NCBI GenBank assembly: GCA_008632985.1
Contig: QPGO01000038.1
Coordinates: 397,939 to 461,938, forward strand
DNA: 64,000 bases
From: Psammoneis japonica
Taxonomy: Eukaryota
Direction of reading: 5' to 3'
Shown: piece by piece, positions 46,894-58,355 of the stretch
Layout: each line of letters opens with the position of its first letter
Position numbering within the stretch: the stretch's first letter is position 1
Translations under genes and position numbers: made by a program
The notes under the pieces: model-generated
The model's database searches: none
The model's input: only the letters and a program-made list of their open reading frames with translations
What the model was told of the DNA's origin: nothing

Positions 46894-47616
46894 ATGTGCC
46901 GCTCTACCGATACCACCCAGTCGACGCAACGAAAGCATGTCACCAACAAGCATGCTACAACTCTCCGTCGTGTTAGAACGGAGCATAAGCAAGTATCCTT
47001 TCAGGACAATGCCACAGTGTTAGCGACAGTCGATCCGTGCATGGACGAAGAACGAACCGAAATTTGGTACTCGAAAACCGAACTGGCACGGTTCAAGAAA
47101 CAAGTCCGTGACCTGACACGTCGAGTACGATCGCGTCTTGAGGTTGACGAATGCACCCGTGGCTTGGAACGACGTGTATCACTTGAACGTCAACGATGCA
47201 AGAATAATGCGATTCGAGACATTTTGGAAGCTCAACTTTTCGGACGTTCCGAGGAAGAAATCGCTTCTATCGCACTCAAGCGGGCCTTACGAGCCAAGGA
47301 CTTGGCTCTCGAGGCGGCGCAGGGTGACTACATTACTGTTTATCATCCCGAGAAACTGGAAAATGACGAAAATCATGACCCCGTGGACGACAGTGACGAC
47401 GATAGCGATAGCAGCAGCGACGATGAAGAGTACCTTCCAAGATCATCCAAGAGGACGCTCCATATGACTCAGTGTCCCCGCAATGTTCGTCGTCGCATCT
47501 CGCATCAGACACTTTCCAGCAAAAAGACTGCTGCCTCCCAATGGTCCACCTGGCGTCGATCGCGAAGAGTTCCCATGTGGCAACCAGAATCATGGGTTTC
47601 CGTCACTTCTTCATAA
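46894..47616 (+). CDS. Diatom-type unknown protein (VSF..WYS..E...FK..CTRGLE family)
   Basis: KQVSF.DNATV, IWYSKTEL.RFK, ECTRGLERR, I..IL..Q, A...A..D pattern recalled as a diatom-expanded family. Confidence 0.7.
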   Translation: MCRSTDTTQSTQRKHVTNKHATTLRRVRTEHKQVSFQDNATVLATVDPCMDEERTEIWYSKTELARFKKQVRDLTRRVRSRLEVDECTRGLERRVSLERQRCKNNAIRDILEAQLFGRSEEEIASIALKRALRAKDLALEAAQGDYITVYHPEKLENDENHDPVDDSDDDSDSSSDDEEYLPRSSKRTLHMTQCPRNVRRRISHQTLSSKKTAASQWSTWRRSRRVPMWQPESWVSVTSS

Positions 47617-48570
47617 TCAAAAGAAGTTATGTCTCTCATTGGGGGAAGTTTTGTTCTAGAAAGCTAGCTTATTATAAAGTATGCCAACGTCTACGGTATG
47701 AAACTGCTGTATGTCTCTCCAGCGAGATTATCATGTGTTTGTTTTCTATGGAATGAAAAGAGGAAGAGTTGAAGGAAAGAGCGTACAGAATCGTTGCATA
47801 ACCATCTTAGTAGAGATGTTACTGTCAAGAGATAGAGCTTCCAGCTAGAGAATGCGTGCTTTATGATTATTAACCAGGGTGTGATGTTTCTGATTTTTCC
47901 ACGATTCAGGCATTGATAGATGACTGCTCACCAAGAATACTGTAAGAATCCGGCGAAAGGCAAAAGATGAAGACAACTGATAACTTATGGCGATGGCTAT
48001 TGATGGATAGATCTGTACTGCATATAATTTTTGGCGGAAACGCTACTGTAAGGAGTGTTACATTTTTATTTCCATCTTTTTCATTGGTTCGAAGAGAAGC
48101 GAAAGCGTTGCGGAAGTTGCATGCGATGAGAGGGTTCGTTTTTGTGCACTTCCCTGCGCCACCGAGTTGGATGCCAGGAATGAATTTTTTGCTTTTGGTC
48201 GTGAAGAGCGGTTACCTTAAATCTTTCCGCCGTTGAAGATGATTTTTAGTCTTCATATTCGAAGACTTTGGAACCAATGCCATTCTTCTTAAGTCGTGTT
48301 GGCGACCAAAATTTTTGGCGGGGTTGTCCACCTACAGATCTTACGTAGAATCCTACGAATTCCTATTCTTGGTGGTGACAAACGCCACCACAATTTTCGC
48401 AGGTTGACGTCTCGTTGCTTGTTCAGTGTGTTGGTTCGAGTGTGCGTTGTGCACTCGATGCCATGGCCGAGGCCGTGCTCTGCGTGCTGCCGCCGCCGCA
48501 GGGCCCCCAGACCACAACCAACGAACAACGAACCTAAATCCTCCTAACCGTGAACATAACGTCGGGTGAA

Positions 48571-51517
48571 ATGAGAAGTGGCCCATCACTGTTGTGCACA
48601 AGAAAGCTTGTGCCGACTAGAACGGCTGTGCTTGTAGCGCTAACGATTTGGACCTGCTTTTTCTGGCTGCTTTATCGTCGCAATGCCACGAGATACATCG
48701 GCAATAATGGTTCCAAGAAAGAACGACAACACGTCTTTGCTCGCGTGGTTCACATGGAGGACAGAGTTGCTGCAGCACGCAAGATACAAAACGAAACCAG
48801 TCTGAATCTCGACAATCCCACCAAGCTCAAAACGGAACCTGTTCCTCGCCAACAGTGCACTCCCAAACCTTGGTTGACTTTGTTCCACTCAAACTGTAAC
48901 GATGTGCATTCGCTTGGCAATATGAGAAATGTGCTTATCAAGAGTGAAAAGACACTACATCGTCAGGGACTTGTTCAAATTTACGAAACTGGGGGAATGA
49001 GGATGGGAGGGCGTTTGGTGCTGAACGATGGCGATGATGCTGTCATCTTTAAGATTGAGAGGTTTGACCGCGACTTTTCGTTAAGAAGACTCGAGAAGAG
49101 TCGCGTTGAGGCCCTCATATTGGAAGAACTCGACTCTTCAGTTGATGTTTTTGCTTTTTGCGGAACGTCATCGATAACCGAGTTTGGCGACGGTGGTCAG
49201 CTTTATCAAGTTTTGTGGAACAACACAAAAAGTGGGAACAAAACGATTACTCCAGCAAAGAAGCTACAGTTTGCTGTAAATATATCGCAATCTGTGGCTA
49301 ATTTGAACTCCATGGGTATTATACTTAGAGATATAGAGGAATCCAACATTGTTTTCGTCCAAGGAAGGATCAAATTGATCGATTTTGACTCGGCCATCCC
49401 TATTCTTTGGAACAAAACGACCCATCGGCCATGCTATCCATCAAACATGACGAATCCTCGCCAAATAGCGACGCTAGCGCCTGAACGGTTGAGAGGAGAG
49501 CAACTTTCCGAAAAGGTAGATGCTTATGGACTTGGTGCTATATTTTTCTTCATCTTGACAAACACAAAGGTATACTACTGCGACAGACCGCGAGGTGTCT
49601 GCAGCAGAAACAACAGTATGTCCGAAAGTGAGCTCCGAACAATCAAGAACAACGGCACGTTGCCCGCCCTGCCACCAGAAATCGAAGAAAGCAATGACCC
49701 TGCAACTAAAGCCATTCGGGAAATAATGAAACAGGCGTTACAAATGGATGCAGGACAAAGACCCAGCACACAGGAGGTTAGCGAGGCACTTGAGAGCACT
49801 TTGAAATCAATGGAGGGTGCCAGCATCGGGAAACGGACCCCCTCCAATCAGAACGAAACAAGTTGTGGGTTACTAAACACAGAGAGAAAGATCATCCCTG
49901 AGCCAGTTTATGTTGCTTCATATCCAGGGAGTGGCTCCGAGCTCACCCTTAATCTCATCGAGGCACTAACTGGAGTGAAGACTTTAAGCTATGGAGGAAA
50001 ATGCGACCCTCCACCGAAGCCATACGACTATGTAGCCTTGAAGACTCATTACCCATGGAGCTGCAAGGGTCAGAATCAACATGGCGTTCTCTCCCGTGCC
50101 CTTGTTTTGATAAGGAATCCGCTTGGCGCACTACCGTCGAAGGCCAACCGAGATTTTGAAAGCAACCAACATTTAAGGGCGCACTCAGTTCAAGCATCCG
50201 AGAGTTACTGGTTGGAATGGCGAGATAAAAATGTCAAAAAACATGTTGCTCTTTGGGAGGAACTGGTTCGCTATTGGATAGACAGCTATGATCCTGAGGC
50301 TCGTATTGTCGTACCGTATGAGAAGCTAGTTGATGAGAGTTCAGGACCAGAGCTTGCGCAAGATGTTTCAGTTCTTCTCAACAGCAGGGGCAAAAACGTG
50401 TCGGTGGTCGACAAAGATTTGATCACGTGCATCTGGAAAAATGTTGTGGTGAATGATAAAAGCCCCCGCCGCTCTAACACACATCGCAAGAAGAAATACC
50501 AGCCAGATTTTACCCTCGAGCAGCTCGACGAGATCGCTAGCGTCTTGGCCAGACTGGCAACTCAATATACGAATACGAGCTACGGCCAAATACTTGCTGA
50601 ATACCGACAAGAAGTGCAGCGGCGCCGTAAAGACTTTCCTTCGACTCCAGACATTGCTTGGCTCATGTCCTACCCTAACTCCTACAACACCCCAATTAGA
50701 CGGCTCCTTCAAGTAACGACAAACACTACCGGAGGAACAAATTATGGAAGAGAAAGCATCAACATTTACGGAAAGCACAGCTTCAACTCCACCAGTGTAC
50801 CTCTGTTTCCGGGTGATAACAACGGTCCATTTCGCATATGCAACGACTTGCCCCTGCCTAGCGGCGGGTTTGTCCTGACTAAAACGCACTGCGGAATCGA
50901 CGGCTGCTTTGAATGCAATGTCGCATCTCCAAATCATTTTCTGCGTGAATGCACAAGAGGATACATGGTATCAGAATCAGGAAAAGTTTCAAGCACCAAC
51001 TACGAATCGAGCAAGGTGAAGAAGGCGGTGCATCTGTATCTTCATCCCTTCTCTAATATCATAACCCGTTTTCGCGGTGACCCGTCCTATGAGAATTCAA
51101 GAGAGGGATTTCTGAAGTGGTGTCGAGATTATGATGATAAGTTTGTACGAGGGGGTAGGCATGCAAGTCTTGTCCCCAACGAAGTGCTTGAAAGTGAGGT
51201 TTTGTGCCATTCAGAAATTTTCAAGTATGTCCAATGGCACAACAATGCGGCCAGTGTCATTAATGAAATGAATCTCCCTGTGCACATACTTTATGCGGAA
51301 GAATTTGGTAGCGAGAGCTTCGAGGATACCGTGACAAACTTGTTGAACTTTCTTGGTCTAGAACGAGTTGAAGAGGGGAACGCCTTTCGAAACTTCAAAC
51401 GTGATTGACGAGTACTATACACTCGATGAATTACGCGAGATTGCTGGATTTATCAAACATTATGCTTCAGAAGAAGTGTGGGCGACATTGAAAGCTACGT
51501 ACAATATGTCGATCTGA
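48571..51517 (+). CDS. Type II membrane protein: secretory-pathway-type kinase domain + two sulfotransferase-like domains (frameshift near 51400)
   Basis: TM near N-terminus; CN.VH, K, E, LRDI..SN, IDFD, APE, KVDAYGLG; ST1 VASYPGSGS/KTHYP/LIRNP; ST2 WLMSYPNS/LTKTHCG/YVQWHN. Confidence 0.87.
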
Positions 51518-52325
51518 TGCTGGACACATGAAGTGCTCCTATTTGGGCTGCGATTGAGCCACGGTAGTTGCAAATTATCCACGGCTTATCTGGCTTGTAG
51601 CGCACGATGACGCCCATATTCTCAACAGCAACTCGCAAATGGAGGAGTGGGGATTCGAGAAAACGCAAGGGACTGCTCCCCTCGTTCGTCCTCGCAGGTT
51701 GAGTGACATGGGGTAGACCCTAGATGGCATCTAAGTTCTACCGCTGGATTCGGCAAATTGAGCATGATGGCTGCTCTTGATATGGATACGCAGCAACATA
51801 TCGAGTAGTTTTTGTTTATGCACAAGGATACCTCTAGTATCTCTACTGAGCTGTTGCTCCTCCCGTGAGGGACAGGCCTAGATCGCCCCCCGTGCACCAG
51901 CACAAACAGTCCAGCGGTCAACCTCTCTCTAGCTATAGTAGACTATAACAGTAAGATGGGTCTTCAGCACCTGCAGGAGCAGATGGCTCTCTCGAAACTG
52001 ATTCAAAGCAATAGGTTCGTCAAAAGTCGAGCACACTGCACATGTCTGTAGCAACAGGTTCATCTACAGATTATCTTGCACTCTGTGAAATATCTCACAC
52101 CAAGAATCAACGATTGACTTTTTCTCCCTAGAGAGTGCCAGTATGCCGACAACAACAAAATTGTCTCTGTTTCTGACTTAACGAAGCCTAGAGGCCCTCG
52201 CTAGATCACACACACGGTCTTTGACATCAAATTATCGAATAAGTATTGACAAGAACTAGACAAGGTATGAAGCCAGCAAGTATTCCTCTAGCAAGAGGTC
52301 AATGTCTCCACAAATAACACGTTGT

Positions 52326-52766
52326 CTATACCTTTCTCGCAGTGAGAGCCCAACCATTGTCTCCCGCCATCCCCTCCGACTCGAGTCTCAGACCCGACAA
52401 GACGAGTGATGTTCGAATACCATCGACATCACCCGCTTGCACGTCTGCTGCTCCATGGCCAGCACTGCTCATGACGTGAACCGTTGTTTCTCCACCCACC
52501 TTGAGACACGGACCAAAGGTTGTAACAACCTCATCGTCATACAACACGGGTATCGACGAGGCTGTAATTATAACGTGCACCGAATCGAGTGAGGCGGTCG
52601 TGACACGTTCCTTGGCCTTGGAGAGTGTGGACGATAATTCGTCTTTGGAATGAATCTTGACGGACAAGACTTCGGACGCTCCGCTCGGTTCAAAGTGCAA
52701 GGCGTCGCCCAGGACAATCAAAACAGTCGTTATAGGAGAGTCGTCTGTTTCTTGTTCGTTTGTCAT
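52326..52766 (-). CDS. Anamorsin/Dre2 N-terminal (methyltransferase-like) domain-like protein
   Basis: SLDSV, LK.GG...V, I..SLVLSGL and terminal LTARK resemble the anamorsin N-domain; no Cys cluster found. Confidence 0.45.
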   Translation of the reverse strand: MTNEQETDDSPITTVLIVLGDALHFEPSGASEVLSVKIHSKDELSSTLSKAKERVTTASLDSVHVIITASSIPVLYDDEVVTTFGPCLKVGGETTVHVMSSAGHGAADVQAGDVDGIRTSLVLSGLRLESEGMAGDNGWALTARKV

Positions 52767-53155
52767 GGTGCTTCTGAAAAGGATGGTATAATAATCTGTT
52801 CTTGCCTTCTAAATCACAGCAACTGCTCTATTACATGCCGCCCTTTCCTTCTTCTCTCTTCGTTAGAGCAGGGCGACAGGGATGACAAAGGAAGGAGCAG
52901 GATTGATTTTATTTGAGGATTTCGAATTTTTCTGTGGTCGTCGGTGACCCGTCTGTCCTTCGCCATGTCGCTTGAATTTTTAATTAAAGTATTCGTGACT
53001 GTATAGCCATATCATTTTGCGGTTCTCATCTCACATCTCACAACATCTTCAATCTCATCCTGAAGCAGTGGCGATGATGGGTACAAGTAGGCCGCCGCGA
53101 TGATGTTAATGTCGGATTTCGAGTCAGTCAGATCCGCAACGCAAGTCATAATCTG

Positions 53156-54508
53156 ATGACGACCATTCTGTTATTTTTGTCAGCATGGAGTAGCGTGATT
53201 TTGTTGTTGGCACGACCATGTTGCGTTGCACTCGTTTTCCCACCTTGCATACCAATTGAAAGCCTCCGAGGAAGCAAATTGCCAGCAGATCGAGATCTGT
53301 TTTACACGTCTCTCTACAACATTTCATATATGAATGCTGCCACATTGGGACCAATGGCACGTCCAGTGTTGGAATGTGCTGTAAAAGTGTGGGAAGATCT
53401 TGAAACGGATCCTCACAATAACTATCCTTGGTGTAATGATTTCAACGATGAATCATCCTCTCTCGACGCCGTGCGTCAACAAGCCGCAGACATGCTTGGT
53501 TGTCACTTGGACGAGTTGTCCTTGACGCCGTCCACCACTGTCTCGTTGAATCTCGTCGGTGAAGGGCTCGTTGCTACTGGATACCTCAAGCCATCGGATC
53601 GTGTTCTCACTACCGATCAAGAGCACAATGGTGGTCTTGCGGTATGGGAACATTGGGTCAATAATAAGCGGTTGAGCGGAATCGACCGAGTTTCATTGCC
53701 TGTAGGTGATGACTTGACACCAGATTCCATTATAAACGCGTTTCAGCAACAGATACACGTAGCACAGATCAAAGGGATACGATACAGCGTTGTGGCCATA
53801 TCACATGTTTTAACAACGACAGGAGCCAGGCTGCCTCTGTCGCAGTTGGCAATAATGGCACATGCAATGAATGCTCTTTTCGTTGTAGACGGAGCCCAAG
53901 GCCCTGGCAATGTCAATGTGAATCTCGCTGAATGCGGCGTGGACGTTTACACCGTATCGGCGCACAAGTGGCTTCTTGCGCCAAAAGGCACCGGGCTGCT
54001 ATACATCAAGAAGGGATATCCACAAGATGTGATTCGTCCGGCTCAACTAGCAAGAGGCTTCCATGGATACTCTCAAAATGCTGGAACTGTCCCACTGCAA
54101 AGCATTGCTGGGCTCAAGTATGCTCTAGACCTGATGGATGCTTTTGGTGGTCTTGACGCCGCTGAATCTCATGGCCTTGCAATGGCAAAACTCACTCGAA
54201 ATGCTCTACTACGTCATCTCCCCGACGATGTTTCCATTCTTTCACCCTCACCAAACTCGGGTGCCGAGTCTTGCATTGTTACCGTTTCGTTACCATCGCG
54301 GCTGTCCAATGCGGAGGTCGCACGCCGTCTCAGATTGGAATTTGGAGTAGTGGTCAAGGAACTTTCGGATCATCAAGGCGGTTCACCACTGATTCAAAAC
54401 TGCATTCGTGTGTCACACAGCATTTTCACGTCAAAGTGGGATATTGAACGATTCATCTCTGGCTTGATTAGCATCCTGAAGGAAACAAGGTGCCCCGGTA
54501 ATGACTGA
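53156..54508 (+). CDS. Class-V PLP-dependent enzyme (cysteine desulfurase/isopenicillin-N epimerase-like) with signal peptide
   Basis: YMNAATLGP, STT, TDQEH, SHV...TG, VDGAQ, SAHKWLLAPKGTG, GT and IRVS. Confidence 0.9.
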   Translation: MTTILLFLSAWSSVILLLARPCCVALVFPPCIPIESLRGSKLPADRDLFYTSLYNISYMNAATLGPMARPVLECAVKVWEDLETDPHNNYPWCNDFNDESSSLDAVRQQAADMLGCHLDELSLTPSTTVSLNLVGEGLVATGYLKPSDRVLTTDQEHNGGLAVWEHWVNNKRLSGIDRVSLPVGDDLTPDSIINAFQQQIHVAQIKGIRYSVVAISHVLTTTGARLPLSQLAIMAHAMNALFVVDGAQGPGNVNVNLAECGVDVYTVSAHKWLLAPKGTGLLYIKKGYPQDVIRPAQLARGFHGYSQNAGTVPLQSIAGLKYALDLMDAFGGLDAAESHGLAMAKLTRNALLRHLPDDVSILSPSPNSGAESCIVTVSLPSRLSNAEVARRLRLEFGVVVKELSDHQGGSPLIQNCIRVSHSIFTSKWDIERFISGLISILKETRCPGND

Positions 54509-54784
54509 TGATGTTTCGATTCTGATGGTTTGCTTGCGTTCCAAAAAAAATAGTCATCATAGATCCGTCACAAGAATTTTGACCCTACTCCTATCCCTGA
54601 TGACAACGAAAACGCGGGGATTGATGGATCATTGACGCAAACTTTCTTCTTGTCTGCGCCATGTAGTGGCGTTCAATAGTCTTCGTTTCAGCAATGATTG
54701 GAAACATACGAGGCTTCCATTACCCGCTTTCAAAGCACTCTCTTGCTATCTAACTCTAATTTATAGGTGCAACGTTTAATTAAC

Positions 54785-56407
54785 TCACTCATGTTCAGCG
54801 CTACTACGCTCGCCGTCCAAATCATCAAGCCAGTCTCCAATAATGGTTTCGATTTGCTTGAACGCTTCCTTCACGTCTTCCGTGTCACGCTCCGACGGAC
54901 CTTCATGCGTCAAGTCGCTGTGGTGCGCCCCATTGATCATGTTGATGGCAAGCACGCTCTCGGACACGTTGTTCATAATCGACGCCACAGACCAGCCGTC
55001 ATTAATGCCATTGGTAAACAAGAGACGCGTCACATGGCTCAAATCGTCAAACCCGAACTGGTCTACAAGTTCATTAGTGTCGGGAGTCCAATCAAATCGA
55101 CGCTCGCAGTAATTCGTCATCCACGACTGTGACCATGGACGAGGAGGAAACATGCTTGACGCAGACATGCCACATTCTGGAATCCAAATACAGGAAAGAA
55201 AGTCCCACATGTATCCAGAGTTGCCGTCGCCCACTCCAGACCAATCGGACGCAGAAATGGTGGCGTGTGGTCCTGGTGGGAGGTCGGACGTAATATCAAA
55301 ACATTCTTCGTCGTCCTCACCGTGTATGGCCAAGAACGAGCCGATCTTTTCGGCCCAGTTTCGATTCTCTTTTTGAAAAGCCTCACACCCTTTCACCAAA
55401 AGCCGTTCGGACGACGGAGGATAGAAATCCATATTGTCTTCGGCAAAGTAGTTTGCAATCACCATGTTGACTTCTTGAGATAAAAGTGCGGCACTGTCGA
55501 TATAATCAGGAAGCGTATCGAGGCAAATGCCCATGACAGACGCAAAGTCGCGGACAGAAGACTGTGACGGCGTTTGCATTTTAGCTTGTCCTTCCATCAA
55601 GGCTGTTTTGACAGCTTGCTTGCATCCTGGAGAAGCAGATTCAGCCACCTCTGTAACTTTTTCGTAGTATGCACCCTGATCCACGTTGTGCGAATAGAGA
55701 TGAAGCGGGGCGGAACTCGCGTATCCAATATCAACGACATCTGGGTAGACAATGCGCATCAAGGCTGATAAGAACCCCGGATAACTAGCTCCGACTGAAA
55801 TGACGGGACAGTATTTGTGACTGTTGCGGTCGAGGCTGCACCCAAACTTTTTTTGCTTGTGCTGCACTATTTTGACAGCGTCAAGCATGGCTTGTTCTGG
55901 AGTCAAGAGCCGTCCAAGTTCAGCGTTTGTGGGGTGTTTGACAGGCTGCGACGTGCCGAAGAAGCGATGTTCAACGCACATGGTATAAGCACCGAATCGC
56001 TCTGCTAGATTCTCGGAAACAAATGGATACAGAATCTTCTCGAGTTCATCCTCTCCACCGAGAATTAGAAAAATGGGACTTCCCGGGCCCTTGAAGTAAT
56101 CCAACGACTCGTAGTACCTCTGAGTGTACTTGCCAGAGTCCGGATCATGGTGATCAACAATTTGGTGATGATAGAAGAGTTGACGTTCTGGATCAGACTT
56201 TTTTAGACCCAACATTGGCACAGTCGACAAGTTAGCCGAGTTTGCCCTCAAGAAAGCGCAAACCCCGACAAGTCCGAGTGCGGCCACCGCAGCAACATGC
56301 CATCTACCCGTCGGTACGTCTTCGCCAGTTCTCACTGGCGGATCTCCCCCTTCGCCAACTTCCACTTTCTTCGCAGCAGCTTCGATACTCCCGTAGCCTT
56401 GCGCCAT
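54785..56407 (-). CDS. Peptidase S28 (prolylcarboxypeptidase-like)
   Basis: Q.VDH, YTQRY, LGGE, EHRFFG.S.P, GASYPG nucleophile elbow, ASSAP, FTNG.NDGWS and AHHSDL. Confidence 0.92.
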   Translation of the reverse strand: MAQGYGSIEAAAKKVEVGEGGDPPVRTGEDVPTGRWHVAAVAALGLVGVCAFLRANSANLSTVPMLGLKKSDPERQLFYHHQIVDHHDPDSGKYTQRYYESLDYFKGPGSPIFLILGGEDELEKILYPFVSENLAERFGAYTMCVEHRFFGTSQPVKHPTNAELGRLLTPEQAMLDAVKIVQHKQKKFGCSLDRNSHKYCPVISVGASYPGFLSALMRIVYPDVVDIGYASSAPLHLYSHNVDQGAYYEKVTEVAESASPGCKQAVKTALMEGQAKMQTPSQSSVRDFASVMGICLDTLPDYIDSAALLSQEVNMVIANYFAEDNMDFYPPSSERLLVKGCEAFQKENRNWAEKIGSFLAIHGEDDEECFDITSDLPPGPHATISASDWSGVGDGNSGYMWDFLSCIWIPECGMSASSMFPPRPWSQSWMTNYCERRFDWTPDTNELVDQFGFDDLSHVTRLLFTNGINDGWSVASIMNNVSESVLAINMINGAHHSDLTHEGPSERDTEDVKEAFKQIETIIGDWLDDLDGERSSAEHE

Positions 56408-56743
56408 TCTAAATAGTGTGATATCTTGTCACCTCTCTTCTCTAAACAGGTCTTACTCAACGCGTTGCACTTGCAAAAGAGACGATCTGTCAAATGCAAA
56501 AATGTGAGGCCGTCAACAAATCAATTTATATTTTCCTTCATAACTGTATATGGAAGAATAACCTGGTTTCCGGAGTGAAGAGCACACACGCCTGCGCTGC
56601 TCTACCGCCATTATGATTACGGTAGGAAGACGCAGGCGAAGGAAGAAAGCTACCGTAGGCAACCAAAACAAAAACCCATCGCTCTAGAGCTCAAGCTAGC
56701 TTCCAAAAAGATAGGCTTATGGTTGCAATACATTATTCCTGCA

Positions 56744-57928
56744 TTACACAACACCGTCGGCCCTTAAGTTCCCCTGAATAAATTTCGGTTCCTCCATTGT
56801 GTCAGGGCTTTTTCGTGAAAACGTCACAGTCGGGAGCAATCCCATTTCATCTTGGGCATAGCACAAGTACTGAAGAAAAGTTTTGGACATTTCAAATGGT
56901 TGGTACAGAAATGGGTGCATTTCATCAATAAGAATACAGGGTTGATCTGCTCCGCGAGCTTCGGCAACGCCAAACATGCGTTCTTCGAACCCAAAGGTCA
57001 AAGTGATGGCCTAGAGCCACGAAGCACATTAGTGATTTCCCACAGCATGTTTGATACTTCTTCTTCATAGTAGAGTGCAACATCAGCAACGGTTGTCGGT
57101 TCCGATCGAACAGCTCCTACTAAATTAAAAACGGCATCCAAGACTGTTTGCTCCCACTGCAAGAATCGTTTCGAGGCATAAGAGTGAGGGCCTGAAGAAA
57201 AGAATACAATTGGCGTTGGCATATGCATCACCTATTGTATACTCACCATAGTCGCTTCCATTCCCTGTAGAAACCAGTCTTGCATCGAATAGCGTTTGAT
57301 TCTAGTCGATTTTCAATAGCTCCGCACCATTTCCCGCATGCTGCACACTCTCCGGCCCACTTTTCGCTCCCATCTCCAGCAGTGCCAAGATTCACAGAGG
57401 TATCTTCATCAGAGTACCAGAAACTTTAATACCTGGTATGAGAACTTGCGTCATGGAGTCCCGAGCATACCCAAAGTCTTTTAGGACAGCTTCAATGTTT
57501 CCGCATTCCAATCCGCCAGAAAAGAATACTAAATCTTCTCGGCGAGATTTTAACCCCTCGGGCAGATTTTTGAGATACTCCTTTAGTTGAGTGGGAGGGA
57601 TTGTAATGTAGATTGGGAAAGATCCACTGGCATCAGCTGGAATGTCCTGATCCGGCGTCAGAACCATGTCATCGCCTTGACCCATGCGGACAAGAGCGTC
57701 TGCTACGGTTGTCGGTCCTTCCAAAGGCTTGACAATGACACAAGGTCCATCTTTTGCTTTTTCAATCTCTTGCTTTCCTGACTGTAAGAACGCTTGATAC
57801 TCCATCGTCGCTCTGTTGTCAGACCATGTTGCCTGCAACTGACTAGTGCTGGAGGCGGTCCAACCCGCCGCGGTTGATGCGGGCGAAAATCCAGTAGCCT
57901 CTTGCAACAGAAACGCCGCGGAAANCAT
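56744..57928 (-). CDS. Plastid-targeted ketopantoate-reductase-like protein (At1g16080-like family); intron ~57157-57246, frameshifts, N at 57925
   Basis: ATG-F-SP presequence; PIYI, R.DLVF, GKW, WE..V.....LVGA, TV.DV...Y..EV and F..EER. Confidence 0.6.
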
Positions 57929-58355
57929 GATCGCTTCACCGTTATAGACGATAAGTGAACATTGGACAGGGTTTCTTCTTTTTTAGAAGCACAGAATGAT
58001 CGCAACCGGCAGATGCGAAAACGCAGTTCTCGATCCGAAGCTTTTCAACACGTCATCGTGAAGCGCGCAACAATCGCGGGGTTTCGTGATGGCGGATTGC
58101 GACTGCACGAGTCGTGTCTTTTGAAAATTCCAAGTCGCATACATGTATGTACACATCTATCTAAAGGTGTGTTCTATTTTATCGATACTGTACGATCAGT
58201 ATCACTTTTGCAGACACATATTGCGCGATGGGAATAAAATCTAAATCGTGGAGGAGGAGGAAGAGCACAACTTGGCAAATCTCGTCCCGCCACAATTGGT
58301 TCTCATTACTTTTTCAACTCAATAACACAACATCATCATTAGTATCAGATTGCTG

